64,000 nucleotides of DNA from a virus, in the IMG/VR virus record IMGVR_UViG_3300042549_005813, one strand, 5' to 3'. Shown one piece after another: positions 1 to 9,906 of the stretch. Numbering within the stretch: position 1 is the first letter of the stretch; each line of letters opens with the position of its first letter. The notes under the pieces were generated by a model, which saw nothing but the letters and a program-made list of their open reading frames with translations, was not told where the DNA came from and did not search any database. Both the position numbers and the translations under genes were made by a program.

Positions 1-306
1 TTTGAGGGAGATATTAAAAGAACAAAATACCTGAAAAGGTTATTTCGTAGATATAAGGTCACAAAATCCCTCAAAGAACGATTAATTATAAACCATATCA
101 TTTTATTGAATAATGTTTTTGGTCCAGAAGCAACGGCAAGAATATTGTTCTATAAGACTGATGAACGTGATTATGATATTCTAAAGACTTTTTTAGATTA
201 TCTAGATATCATGCCTGATTTTGTTTATGGTATTAATGGAAAAACTATATCATCATCCGATTTACCACTAGATATGAATGTCGCAGAGATATTAAGAAAC
301 ATATGA
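1..306 (+). CDS. conserved T4-like phage hypothetical protein (5' truncated by window)
   Basis: Frame is open from base 1 (FEGDIKRTKYLKRLFRRY...ERLIINHIILLNNVFG); resembles a T4-like phage hypothetical family. Confidence 0.6.
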   Translation, partial: FEGDIKRTKYLKRLFRRYKVTKSLKERLIINHIILLNNVFGPEATARILFYKTDERDYDILKTFLDYLDIMPDFVYGINGKTISSSDLPLDMNVAEILRNI

Positions 307-1043
307 AAAAATTTCAAGAATTTATTAACGAAGTAAAAGAACCAACTCCAGAAGAAGTTGTTAAGGAAGGTCATGGTCCTTGGGGCAAAATGACACAAGA
401 TAAATTGGATAAGATTGCAAAAGCCAAAAAACGTGAAGAAAAAGAAAAAGGTGTTCTGAGAAAACCTGGATCAACGTTACGAAAAGATACAACTAATTAT
501 GTTGCTAAAGTAAATAAACTTTCTGAGGAAGAACTAGAAGAAAACCATATTGCTATCGCCATGGGTAAAGAAATGGATGATGAAGGTAGTATGATTATGA
601 ATCAACTGGATCACATGGAACGTTCCATCAACATGATGCGTGGTGTCGTTAAGGATCCAAATATGCAGATACCTGCTTGGGTTCAATCTAAAGTAACATT
701 AGCTGCAGACTATATTGAAACAGCTGCTGGTTATATGTCCAGTAAAAATGAAGAAGTTGACTTAGAAGAAACTGCTGCATGGCAACGCAAAGAAGGCAAA
801 AGAGAATCTGGTGGTTTGAATCAAAAAGGTGTTGATTCTTATCGTAGAGAGAATCCAGGTTCCAAACTAAAAACAGCTGTGACAACAGAACCATCAAAAT
901 TAAAAGCAGGTTCAACTGCAGCGAATCGCCGCAAATCATTCTGTGCTAGAATGTCTGGTATGAAGAAAAGATTAACTTCAGCGGCAACTGCTAAAGATCC
1001 AGATTCTCGCATCAACAAATCCTTACGTAAATGGAATTGCTAA
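303..1043 (+). CDS. putative head-internal protein with C-terminal DUF6321-like module
   Basis: N-terminus MKKFQEFINE resembles the T4 capsid targeting sequence; C-terminal AAWQRKEGK...RRKSFCARM...SLRKWNC module. Confidence 0.6.
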   Translation: MKKFQEFINEVKEPTPEEVVKEGHGPWGKMTQDKLDKIAKAKKREEKEKGVLRKPGSTLRKDTTNYVAKVNKLSEEELEENHIAIAMGKEMDDEGSMIMNQLDHMERSINMMRGVVKDPNMQIPAWVQSKVTLAADYIETAAGYMSSKNEEVDLEETAAWQRKEGKRESGGLNQKGVDSYRRENPGSKLKTAVTTEPSKLKAGSTAANRRKSFCARMSGMKKRLTSAATAKDPDSRINKSLRKWNC

Positions 1044-1516
1044 TGAAAACATTTCAAGAATATATTACAGAAAAAGATAGATGCTGGACTGGATACAAAC
1101 CTGTTCGAGGTAAAAAAGCATTCTCTCCAGGAAGTTGTGAGAAGGTGTCTGAAAATATTAACCATACTTATAGTGAAAATGAAAAACAACACCATACACA
1201 TGTTGCAAATCAAGATTTAGATTTTGGTAATGGGCATGTTGTTAAAAAAGGTTCCACATTAAGAAAAGTTGATGGTTCTAGTAAAATGTATGTGCATTTG
1301 AAAAATGGTAAACCAGTAACCAAAACACATCCCATATTAAGTTTACCTAAAACTCATGTCACTGCAATAAATGAAGAAGGTATGGCAGCTGCGCCAACCA
1401 ATACTGTTGGTGGTGGAAACATTGCTGGGTCGGGCGGCGCAGGTGGAGAACCAGGTGTTTCTAAGAAAAGAAATCCAGTAATGTCATTCGTCAAACGCAA
1501 ACAACCAAATATGTAA
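1043..1516 (+). CDS. putative head-internal protein
   Basis: Starts MKTFQEYITE (CTS-like) at ATG 1043, overlapping the upstream stop; CWTGYK...C motif. Confidence 0.55.
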   Translation: MKTFQEYITEKDRCWTGYKPVRGKKAFSPGSCEKVSENINHTYSENEKQHHTHVANQDLDFGNGHVVKKGSTLRKVDGSSKMYVHLKNGKPVTKTHPILSLPKTHVTAINEEGMAAAPTNTVGGGNIAGSGGAGGEPGVSKKRNPVMSFVKRKQPNM

Positions 1517-1517
1517 C

Positions 1518-1973
1518 ATGTGGATATTGCAATGGTTACCTAATTGGATATTCTACGCCGTCTTAATAGCCGGCGTTTTTGGTGTGGCCGCATCATATTT
1601 TATTAGATTCTTATCATTCATACCATTCCTTTACGTTTATAAAACACCAATACAATTAGGTTCTATTGCTGCGATTGTGATTGGTACATTCATGGCTGGC
1701 GCAATCCACGATAATGAACAGTGGGAAGCAAGAGTGCGAGAGATGGAAGAAAAAGTTGCTGCAGCTGAAGCACAATCAAAGGAAGAAAATATTAAGATTG
1801 TTGAGAAAGTGGTAAACAAGGTGCAAATTGTTAAGACCCGTGGTCAAGACATTGTTAAATATGTGGATAGAGAAATTGTAAAGTATGACACAAAATTTGC
1901 TCCAGGTGGTGTATGTGAGATACCAAAAGAATTCGTAGAAGCTCACAATAGAGCAGCAGAGGCACCAAAATGA
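1518..1973 (+). CDS. Rz-like inner-membrane spanin
   Basis: N-terminal TM segments followed by a coiled coil and a C-terminal Cys; adjacent to a lipoprotein and the endolysin. Confidence 0.65.
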   Translation: MWILQWLPNWIFYAVLIAGVFGVAASYFIRFLSFIPFLYVYKTPIQLGSIAAIVIGTFMAGAIHDNEQWEARVREMEEKVAAAEAQSKEENIKIVEKVVNKVQIVKTRGQDIVKYVDREIVKYDTKFAPGGVCEIPKEFVEAHNRAAEAPK

Positions 1974-2260
1974 ATGAGAGAACAACAGAATATTTAATAT
2001 GGGCTATCTTTATTGTTGTAATCGTGTTTATGATGGGCTGTTCGACAACTGTTCCAGTTACCGCTAAATTTCCAGAGGTACCTGAGAAATTGAAACAGAA
2101 ATGTCCTCAATTAGAAAAATTAGTAGATGATCCAAAGTTAACAGACATAAGCAAAACAGTTACAATAAACTATACAACATACTATGAGTGTGCGGTGAAA
2201 AATGATGCATGGATTGAATGGTATGAAATACAGAAACGAATATTTGAAGGTGTGAAATGA
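1970..2260 (+). CDS. Rz1-like outer-membrane spanin lipoprotein
   Basis: Lipobox MMGC followed by Pro-rich FPEVPEKLKQKCPQL; overlaps the i-spanin stop. Confidence 0.7.
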   Translation: MNERTTEYLIWAIFIVVIVFMMGCSTTVPVTAKFPEVPEKLKQKCPQLEKLVDDPKLTDISKTVTINYTTYYECAVKNDAWIEWYEIQKRIFEGVK

Positions 2261-2778
2261 CAGAAGAACAAGAACAAACTAAAGAACGCACTGGTTGGAT
2301 TATTACATTTTTGGCTGCATTTTTGGCTATCACATCATTACTTGATGGTGGCAATTCATCACAGATTTTAGATAACACGATTGAAGCAAACAATGTTTGG
2401 TCTTTCTATCAAGCAAAAAGCATTAAACAGTCATTAGCTGAAATAACATACGATAATGCTGTTCGTAATGGCGACAAAAGAAAAGCCGAAATTATGAAGG
2501 TTAAAATAGAACGTTACGAATCAGAACCTTCATCAGGTGAAGGTAAAAAAGAATTGATGGCCAAGGCTCGTGCAATTGAAGCTGAGAGAGCAGTAGCGAA
2601 ACTAAGAAGTCCTTGGTACACATACTCTAATGCTTTCTATCAAATTGCAATTGTTATATTAGCTGCATCTATGTTGACGTTGAATAAAAAAATGTATTGT
2701 ATTGGTATCGGTCTTGGTGCTTTTGCAATATTATTAATGTCACAAGGTGCTTTTTTATGGTTACCGATAATATTATAA
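2257..2778 (+). CDS. DUF4337-like membrane protein
   Basis: TM - WSFYQAKSIK - coiled coil - 2 TM architecture. Confidence 0.6.
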   Translation: MTEEQEQTKERTGWIITFLAAFLAITSLLDGGNSSQILDNTIEANNVWSFYQAKSIKQSLAEITYDNAVRNGDKRKAEIMKVKIERYESEPSSGEGKKELMAKARAIEAERAVAKLRSPWYTYSNAFYQIAIVILAASMLTLNKKMYCIGIGLGAFAILLMSQGAFLWLPIIL

Positions 2779-2787
2779 GGATTGAAA

Positions 2788-3411
2788 ATGGAATTAACAA
2801 AAGAACAATTAAAACAATTACTTCCAAAAAACCCATATATTGATAACTGGCATCACGCCTTATCAATTCTATTACCAGATTATGAAATCAATACACCTCA
2901 GAGAATGGCTGCTTTCATAGCACAATGCTCACATGAGTCTGGTGGTTTCATGGTTCTTAAAGAAAATCTAAATTATAAAGCAGCATCACTACGTAAACTG
3001 TTTGGTAAGTATTTTCCAAATGATGAGATTGCACAGCATTATGCTGCCAAGCCAAACAAACAAGAAGCAATCGCAAACAAAATCTACGCTAGCCGTATGG
3101 GTAACGGAGATGAGGCGTCTGGTGATGGATACAAGTTCTGTGGCCGTGGTTTAATTCAATTGACCGGCCGTGACAACTATACTTTCTTTGCAGGCAGTCT
3201 CGATATTACAGTAGAAGAAGCATCAGAATATCTACAGACATTTGAAGGCGCAGCACAATCTGCTTGCTGGTTCTGGGAAACAAATAAGTTAAATCAGTGG
3301 GCTGACAAAGGTGATATCGTCACATTGACAAAACGTATCAATGGTGGAACGATTGGCCTTGAAGACCGCATCAAACATTATGAACATGCACTTCACGTTT
3401 TTGGAGTATAG
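2788..3411 (+). CDS. glycoside hydrolase family 19 endolysin
   Basis: AAFIAQCSHESGG, ENLNY, GDGYKFCGRGLIQLTGRDNY and TKRINGG motifs. Confidence 0.92.
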   Translation: MELTKEQLKQLLPKNPYIDNWHHALSILLPDYEINTPQRMAAFIAQCSHESGGFMVLKENLNYKAASLRKLFGKYFPNDEIAQHYAAKPNKQEAIANKIYASRMGNGDEASGDGYKFCGRGLIQLTGRDNYTFFAGSLDITVEEASEYLQTFEGAAQSACWFWETNKLNQWADKGDIVTLTKRINGGTIGLEDRIKHYEHALHVFGV

Positions 3412-3412
3412 T

Positions 3413-3847
3413 ATGAAAAAAATATTATTCATACTTGCATTGTTACCTTGTTTGGCATTTGCACAAAAAGCACCACAAGGTGTTACGTATGACGCACAAA
3501 TATTAAGAGTAACGGATGGCGATACAGTTGTTATCGCCGCACCCTTTCTGCCTGCACCCCTTAAGCCCGAACTTGCGGTACGAGTCTATGGAGTCGATAC
3601 TCCGGAAAAAGGATTTAGAGGTCAATGCGATAGTGAAAAACAACGTGGTGAAGCCGCTTCCGTTTTCACTAAAGGTCTCATTAACGCCAGCCAACAACGA
3701 CAAGTCATTCTTTACAGTTGGGATAAATTCGGTGGTCGTGTATTGGGTGATATCATTCTAAACGGTCAAAGTCTCCGGACGCAATTGATTGCCAACGGAT
3801 TTGCTCGTGAATATTACGGTGAAGCTAAAACTTCTTGGTGTAATTAA
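3413..3847 (+). CDS. secreted thermonuclease (SNase family)
   Basis: Signal peptide MKKILFILALLPCLAFA; RVTDGDT, VRVYGVDTPE and DKFGGRVLG motifs. Confidence 0.85.
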   Translation: MKKILFILALLPCLAFAQKAPQGVTYDAQILRVTDGDTVVIAAPFLPAPLKPELAVRVYGVDTPEKGFRGQCDSEKQRGEAASVFTKGLINASQQRQVILYSWDKFGGRVLGDIILNGQSLRTQLIANGFAREYYGEAKTSWCN

Positions 3848-3856
3848 GGAAAAAAC

Positions 3857-4150
3857 ATGAACGACAAAAAACTATTATATGTAGCAATCGCAATGATTAT
3901 TTTACCTTTATCATTGGCATTTTTTGGCGGTGATAGATTCCGTTATCCATGTCAAGACCCTGATAATTGGGACAAAGAATTTTGTAAAATGCCAAGATGT
4001 GATGTGACAAGAACTTGTCCAGAACATATTTTTAAAGGACAGAGGGATCCAAGATTGGGTCCACCAACAACAAGAGTTGAACCTATGGGCCAAACTCCTG
4101 CACCAGCACAATGTACAACACCAACACAAGGAGCGAATTGTGGAAAATAA
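3857..4150 (+). CDS. membrane-anchored Cys-rich hypothetical protein
   Basis: N-terminal TM; RYPCQDP...C...C...CP periplasmic segment. Confidence 0.55.
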   Translation: MNDKKLLYVAIAMIILPLSLAFFGGDRFRYPCQDPDNWDKEFCKMPRCDVTRTCPEHIFKGQRDPRLGPPTTRVEPMGQTPAPAQCTTPTQGANCGK

Positions 4151-4598
4151 TAATAATTTCATGTATACAGAAGAGCAGTTAATGGCTCGTCTAAAATTCT
4201 TTATCGGTATTTGTTTGGCATTAACATTGACAGGTATTGTATTTGTCGTGTTATACTCCATTATCTTTGTAACTCAACCATTAAATGCAATTAGTCCTAT
4301 TGACCAAAAATTCTTTGAGTTGATTATTCCTATTGCAACATTCTTAACTGGTACTCTATCGGGCATTATGTTAGCCGGTAATGATAAAGACCTTAGAGCA
4401 AAGGCACTAGATGCAGCAAATAAACCACCAACCGTTTCAGGACCACCACCAAATGCACCGTCAACTAATGCACCAAGCAACAATGCAACATTTGGCACAC
4501 CAACGCCAAGTGCAGCAACATTTGCACCAGCAGCACAAGTTGTCACAGGATTTGGAGGCAAACCAGCGCCTGCACCAGCCCCACAACCAGAAATCTAA
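4140..4598 (+). CDS. 2-TM membrane protein with Pro-rich tail (holin-associated candidate)
   Basis: Two hydrophobic helices; probable GTG start after GGAG; lysis-cassette context. Confidence 0.5.
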   Translation: MENNNNFMYTEEQLMARLKFFIGICLALTLTGIVFVVLYSIIFVTQPLNAISPIDQKFFELIIPIATFLTGTLSGIMLAGNDKDLRAKALDAANKPPTVSGPPPNAPSTNAPSNNATFGTPTPSAATFAPAAQVVTGFGGKPAPAPAPQPEI

Positions 4599-4602
4599 AT
4601 AG

Positions 4603-4824
4603 ATGGACTCATTAAAAAGTATGTTATCAGATGGTGTCAATGGCACCATCTCTAGCAAAAGAGTTGTCACACTGTTAGCATTTGTAATGTGTGCATCAGG
4701 TTTTATTACTATGCTATATGGTCATCCTATAGATTCTAAAATTTACGATTCAATGATGTACATTGTAATTGCAGGTTTAGGTTTCACAGCATCAGAAAAG
4801 TTTACTAAAAAGGACGAAAAATGA
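4603..4824 (+). CDS. small 2-TM holin-like protein
   Basis: SSKR followed by two TM helices and a charged C-terminus. Confidence 0.5.
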   Translation: MDSLKSMLSDGVNGTISSKRVVTLLAFVMCASGFITMLYGHPIDSKIYDSMMYIVIAGLGFTASEKFTKKDEK

Positions 4825-5027
4825 AAAATTATATATTTGTAGCAGGACTATGTTTAGCCATATCTTCAACAGCTTTTGCTGCAGCAGAAACAAAAAAAGT
4901 TTGTGTTGATGTAAAAGATAAACAAGGTCAAGTTGTTAAAGACAAAGCTGGCAAACCAAAACAAAATTGTAAAGAAATGAAAGTTCACAAGAAACTTGAA
5001 GGCACAGAAGTTCCTGTGAAAAAATAA
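4821..5027 (+). CDS. small secreted basic protein
   Basis: Signal peptide ending AFA; two Cys; Lys-rich. Confidence 0.5.
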   Translation: MKNYIFVAGLCLAISSTAFAAAETKKVCVDVKDKQGQVVKDKAGKPKQNCKEMKVHKKLEGTEVPVKK

Positions 5028-5410
5028 TGGCGTATTCCGAAAAGGTCATTGACCATTACGAAAATCCACGAAATGTGGGTAAGTTTGATATAGATGAAAA
5101 TGTTGGAACAGGCATGGTCGGTGCGCCTGCGTGTGGTGATGTTATGAAGTTACAGATTAGGGTTGAAGATGATATTATTAGAGATGCTTGTTTCAAGACA
5201 TATGGATGCGGTTCAGCAATCGCAAGTTCATCCTTGGTTACAGAGTGGATCAAAGGTAAAACTTTGGATGAAGCTTCTACTATTAAGAATTCTGATATCG
5301 CAGAAGAATTAGCATTACCACCTGTTAAAATACATTGTAGCATACTTGCAGAAGACGCTGTGAAAGCGGCCATTAACAATTATAAAGGTAAACATGTTAA
5401 CAGTAACTGA
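5027..5410 (+). CDS. iscU: Fe-S cluster scaffold IscU
   Basis: [59 protein letters not shown]. Confidence 0.97.
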   Translation: MAYSEKVIDHYENPRNVGKFDIDENVGTGMVGAPACGDVMKLQIRVEDDIIRDACFKTYGCGSAIASSSLVTEWIKGKTLDEASTIKNSDIAEELALPPVKIHCSILAEDAVKAAINNYKGKHVNSN

Positions 5411-5708
5411 AAATGCTATTGAACAAATAAAAGAAATTTTATTGGAAGAAGAAAGTTCGAAATACGTCAGAGCCTTTATCGAAGGCGGTGGATGCTCTGG
5501 TTTTAATTATGGTTTCATGATAGAGGATGCTAAGAATGAGGATGATTTTGAAGTGACTGAAAAATTACTTGTTGATTCTGCCAGTATGCAATATTTCTCT
5601 GGTGCAACAATAGATTATAAAAAAGATAGACTAACAGGATCACAATTTGTGATTACCAACCCAAATGCCAAATCCACATGTGGATGCGGCAGCAGCTTTA
5701 GTGTATAA
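5394..5708 (+). CDS. erpA: A-type Fe-S carrier ErpA/IscA (HesB family)
   Basis: [11 protein letters not shown] and [16 protein letters not shown] motifs. Confidence 0.9.
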   Translation: MLTVTENAIEQIKEILLEEESSKYVRAFIEGGGCSGFNYGFMIEDAKNEDDFEVTEKLLVDSASMQYFSGATIDYKKDRLTGSQFVITNPNAKSTCGCGSSFSV

Positions 5709-5719
5709 GAAAGAACTAA

Positions 5720-6025
5720 ATGGCCACTACAGTAGAAAGAATAGGCATCGTTGAAACTAAGGTAGAAAACCTTAATGAAAAAATGGATGACCTAAAAGTT
5801 GATGTTAAAGAGATGCATGATTGCCTTGATAAAACACGGGACGCTTTGAGTGAAAAACTGGAAGAAATGTATAATGCATCCTGTACTCAACATACCGAAC
5901 TAGCAAGGAAGATTGGTGACCTGGAAAAAGTCAGACAAAAGGTAGTATGGATGGCTGCCGGTGCCGTGGCCTTTGCTGGAATACTTTCCGGCCACTTAGA
6001 AAAAATACTTGCATTTTTACATTAA
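5720..6025 (+). CDS. coiled-coil protein with C-terminal TM (XhlA/holin-like)
   Basis: Heptad coiled coil followed by one hydrophobic helix. Confidence 0.45.
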   Translation: MATTVERIGIVETKVENLNEKMDDLKVDVKEMHDCLDKTRDALSEKLEEMYNASCTQHTELARKIGDLEKVRQKVVWMAAGAVAFAGILSGHLEKILAFLH

Positions 6026-6037
6026 TTGGTGTATAAT
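6009..6037 (+). promoter_or_regulatory. sigma70-type promoter for primase operon
   Basis: TTGCAT-17-TATAAT. Confidence 0.6.
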
Positions 6038-6069
6038 CTAGTTTCTTGTAAACTTCACACCATTTTGTT

Positions 6070-7083
6070 ATGTCCGTTTTTATTGATAGAACCTTTCTGC
6101 TAAGGGTATCCCCGAAGCTTCAAAAATTCACACAGAAAAAGGATAACCTGTATAACTTCAGGTGTCCTCTCTGTGGCGACTCAAGCAAGAACAAAACCAA
6201 AGCTCGTGGTTATGTTTACGAAAAAAAGAACAATTACTTTTATATGTGCCACAATTGTGGTGCATCCACTTCCTTTTATAATTTCCTGGAGAAGGTTGAT
6301 CCAAACCTAGTTAAAGAATATGCACTTGAACGGTACAAGAATGGTGAACAGGGACGTGACAATTACGTTAAACCAACTTTCGATGAATTCAAACCTGAAA
6401 CCCCGAAGTTTCGTGTTAAATTCGATATTCCATCGGTCGAATCGTTACCAGAAGAACATTTTGCGAAAGTGTATGTCAAATCCCGCAAAATACCAGAGTC
6501 GTTCCATGCACACCTATATTTTGCACAAGACTTTAAAGGCTTTGTTGAGAGCCTGCAAATAGAGAAAGATGGACTCAAAGAAGATGACCCTAGATTGGTA
6601 ATACCATTCTATGATGAAGATAAAAATCTTGTGGCATTTCAGGGTCGTGCATTAGGTGAATCTAAACTAAGATATATCACAGTAAAGACAGACAAAGATA
6701 ACCACAAGTTATTCGGGACTGACCGGATCAACACGGAAGACATGATATATGTTGTGGAAGGTCCTATTGACTCTATGTTTCTGGAGAATGCCGTTGCAAC
6801 TGCGGATTCAAATCTGATGGCTGCTTCCAAGCACTTTGACAAGTCTAAGATTGTCTTGGTGTATGATAATGAACCAAGAAACAAAGAACTACATAATCAG
6901 ATGGACAAGGCTATCGAGGAACACTACAATGTGGTAATCTGGCCTGAAATGATTGAAGAAAAAGATGTGAATGATATGGTTTTGAATGGCTTCTCACCAG
7001 ACGAAATTCAAGATATCATAAGTAAACATACCTTTGTAAATCTGAGAGCAAAGATGGAATTTATTAACTGGAAAAAGACTTGA
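6070..7083 (+). CDS. 61: DNA primase (T4 gp61-like)
   Basis: Zinc finger NFRCPLCGDS...CHNCG; TOPRIM motifs VVEGPIDSMF, DNEPRN, KDVNDM. Confidence 0.95.
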   Translation: MSVFIDRTFLLRVSPKLQKFTQKKDNLYNFRCPLCGDSSKNKTKARGYVYEKKNNYFYMCHNCGASTSFYNFLEKVDPNLVKEYALERYKNGEQGRDNYVKPTFDEFKPETPKFRVKFDIPSVESLPEEHFAKVYVKSRKIPESFHAHLYFAQDFKGFVESLQIEKDGLKEDDPRLVIPFYDEDKNLVAFQGRALGESKLRYITVKTDKDNHKLFGTDRINTEDMIYVVEGPIDSMFLENAVATADSNLMAASKHFDKSKIVLVYDNEPRNKELHNQMDKAIEEHYNVVIWPEMIEEKDVNDMVLNGFSPDEIQDIISKHTFVNLRAKMEFINWKKT

Positions 7084-7096
7084 ATGGAGATTTGTT

Positions 7097-7762
7097 ATGC
7101 AGGTGAAATTGATATCATACACACAGGGAGCAGATGGTAAGAATTTGTTAGAACAGGTTGCTTTTGCAGCCAGAGTTTCAAATCCTGCCAATCAAAATAA
7201 TACCGAAACATCTGAAAAGTTGGTTCGGTATCTTATCAAAAACCAACATTGGTCACCACTAGAAATGGTGAGTATTTGTTTGGAGATAGACACCACACGG
7301 GATATAGCACGCCAGATTTTAAGGCATCGTTCCTTTTCCTTTCAGGAATTTAGTCAACGATATGCGGAGGCGACTCAATTGGGTTTTGAACTAAAAGAAG
7401 CAAGGATGCAAGACTTGAAGAATCGTCAAAATTCAGTTGTAGTTGATGCAGATGATGAAGATGCAAGATTACTTGCTATAGAATGGGAACGTGCTCAGAA
7501 ACGTGTATTGTATGCGGTTGAAAAGGAGTATAAGTGGGCTATTGAGAACGGTATTGCAAAAGAACAAGCGAGAGCAGTATTACCAGAAGGTATGACTGGT
7601 TCACGTTTATACATGAACGGAACGCTTCGTTCTTGGGTTCACTATATACAACTCCGTAGCGCAAACGGGACACAGAAAGAACATCAAGATGTTGCATTGG
7701 CTTGTGCTGATGTTATTGAGCCAATTTTCCCTATGATTAAGGAGTACACTAATGGACAGTAA
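7097..7762 (+). CDS. thyX: FAD-dependent thymidylate synthase
   Basis: HWSPLE, RQILRHRSFSFQEFSQRY and EQARAVLP motifs. Confidence 0.95.
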   Translation: MQVKLISYTQGADGKNLLEQVAFAARVSNPANQNNTETSEKLVRYLIKNQHWSPLEMVSICLEIDTTRDIARQILRHRSFSFQEFSQRYAEATQLGFELKEARMQDLKNRQNSVVVDADDEDARLLAIEWERAQKRVLYAVEKEYKWAIENGIAKEQARAVLPEGMTGSRLYMNGTLRSWVHYIQLRSANGTQKEHQDVALACADVIEPIFPMIKEYTNGQ

Positions 7763-8111
7763 GAATGATGTAAGAATTTTTATGGATGCATGTGACCAAA
7801 AGTCAACAGACTTTGGACCACAATCAGAACTTTACATGGATTTGATAATCGAAGAATTTAGAGAACTTGTTACTGCTTATGGTAGTAGAAACATTGTGGA
7901 AATTGCCGATGCAACTGCTGATTTAAAATGGGTACTTGAAGGACTTGAACACACACTCAAAATTCCACAACAAGAAGTTTGGGACGAAGTTGCTCGTAGC
8001 AATTTAGCTAAAATTTCTGAAAACGGAAAAGTAATAAAAAGAGAAGATGGCAAGGTATTAAAACCTGAAGGATGGACGCCACCTAACATTCAAGCAATTA
8101 TAAGAAAGTAA
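7752..8111 (+). CDS. MazG-like/PRA-PH nucleotide pyrophosphohydrolase
   Basis: LIIEEFREL, EIADATADL, EVARSNLAK, REDGKVLKP. Confidence 0.8.
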   Translation: MDSKNDVRIFMDACDQKSTDFGPQSELYMDLIIEEFRELVTAYGSRNIVEIADATADLKWVLEGLEHTLKIPQQEVWDEVARSNLAKISENGKVIKREDGKVLKPEGWTPPNIQAIIRK

Positions 8112-8115
8112 AAAT

Positions 8116-9906
8116 ATGGAATATATGGGTATCAAAATAGACTTGGAAAAAGATAAACTATTTGATGAATTAGGAATTAAAAGATTACAAGAGTCTTACA
8201 TGCGTGATGATGAAACATCACCACAACAGAGGTTTGCATATGTATCATCGTCATTCGGAAGTAATCCTGAACACGCTCAGCGCCTTTACAATTACTCCGC
8301 TAATCATTGGCTCAGTTATAGTACTCCAATTCTTAGCTATGGGCGTTCTAAGCGTGGTATGCCTATATCGTGCTTTCTTAACTATATTGAAGATACTGCG
8401 GAGGGTCTAGTTGATAATCTTAGCGAAACTAATTGGCTTTCTATGCTTGGCGGTGGTGTTGGTATTGGCTTCGGTATACGTAGTGCAGACGACAAGAGTA
8501 CTGGTGTTATGCCGCACCTCAAAATTTACGATGCTTCATCTCTTGCTTACCGTCAGGGTCGTACTCGCCGTGGAAGTTATGCTGCTTATCTTGATATCAG
8601 TCATCCCGACATTATATCATTTTTAGAAATGCGTAAACCTACTGGTGATCCTAATGTACGATGCATGAATCTACACCATGGTGTTAACATCACTGATGAT
8701 TTTATGAAACTGATTGAAAACTGTATGTTGGATTCAGAAGCAGATGATTCATGGCCTTTGGTTGATCCAAAATCAGGAATAGTGCGTGAAACAGTTTCCG
8801 CCAAAGCTTTGTGGCAACAAATCTTAGAATTACGTATGCACACCGGTGAACCTTATATTCATTACATTGATACTAGTAATAAAATGTTACCTCAATTCCT
8901 AAAAGATAGAGGATTAAAAGTACATCAATCAAACCTATGTTCTGAAATTATTTTACCAACAAATGAGGAAAGAACTGCTGTATGTTGTTTATCATCTTTA
9001 AATTTGGAGCACTATGATGATTGGAAGAATGATACCTTGTTCCTTAAGGATGTTGCTGAAATGCTCGATAACGTTCTGGAGTTTTTTATTGTTAATGCAC
9101 CTGATACCATTTCCAGGGCTATACACTCTGCTAGTCGTGAGCGTTCTATTGGCATTGGTGCCTTAGGTTTTCATGCTTACTTGCAGAAGAACAATATTGC
9201 ATTTGAAGGTGTAATGTCAAAAGTTACAAATAATCAAATATTTAAACACATAAGGAGTAAATTAGATGAGGCTAATCAAATTCTTGGAAAAGAACGAGGG
9301 GAAGCTCCTGATGCTGTCGGCACTGGCCAGCGCTTCAGTCACCTTATGGCTATTGCTCCAAATGCTTCTTCGTCTATCATTATGGGAAACACTAGCCCTA
9401 GCGTTGAGCCTTACCGTGCTAATGCTTACCGTCAAGACACTTTATCAGGCGCATTTCTAAACAAGAATAAACATCTAGATAAAATTATCCAAAAACACGC
9501 TGAGATTCATCCAAACGGATGGTCAGATGAAGTCTGGAGTAGTATCATGGCGAATGATGGTTCTGTACAACATTTAGAATGGTTGGATGAAAATGAGAGA
9601 GCTGTATTTAAAACATCCATGGAAATTGACCAACGTTGGGTTATCGAATTGGCTGCTGACCGCCAACAATACATTGACCAAGCACAATCATTAAACTTGT
9701 TCTTCCGTCCAGATGCACATATCAAATACATTCACGCCATACACTTTATGGCATGGAAAAAAGGATTGAAAACGCTTTACTACTGCCGTTCAGAAAAGAT
9801 TGGCAAGGCAGATAAGGTATCTAAACGTATTGAACGTCAAGTTATTAAAGAATTGGACATGGTTCAAGTAGCACAAGGAAATGATTGCATTGCTTGTGAG
9901 GGATAA
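8116..9906 (+). CDS. nrdA: ribonucleotide reductase class Ia alpha subunit
   Basis: PISCF, SNLCSEI, IAPNASSS, QAQSLNLF, KTLYYCRS and C-terminal CIACEG. Confidence 0.96.
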   Translation: MEYMGIKIDLEKDKLFDELGIKRLQESYMRDDETSPQQRFAYVSSSFGSNPEHAQRLYNYSANHWLSYSTPILSYGRSKRGMPISCFLNYIEDTAEGLVDNLSETNWLSMLGGGVGIGFGIRSADDKSTGVMPHLKIYDASSLAYRQGRTRRGSYAAYLDISHPDIISFLEMRKPTGDPNVRCMNLHHGVNITDDFMKLIENCMLDSEADDSWPLVDPKSGIVRETVSAKALWQQILELRMHTGEPYIHYIDTSNKMLPQFLKDRGLKVHQSNLCSEIILPTNEERTAVCCLSSLNLEHYDDWKNDTLFLKDVAEMLDNVLEFFIVNAPDTISRAIHSASRERSIGIGALGFHAYLQKNNIAFEGVMSKVTNNQIFKHIRSKLDEANQILGKERGEAPDAVGTGQRFSHLMAIAPNASSSIIMGNTSPSVEPYRANAYRQDTLSGAFLNKNKHLDKIIQKHAEIHPNGWSDEVWSSIMANDGSVQHLEWLDENERAVFKTSMEIDQRWVIELAADRQQYIDQAQSLNLFFRPDAHIKYIHAIHFMAWKKGLKTLYYCRSEKIGKADKVSKRIERQVIKELDMVQVAQGNDCIACEG

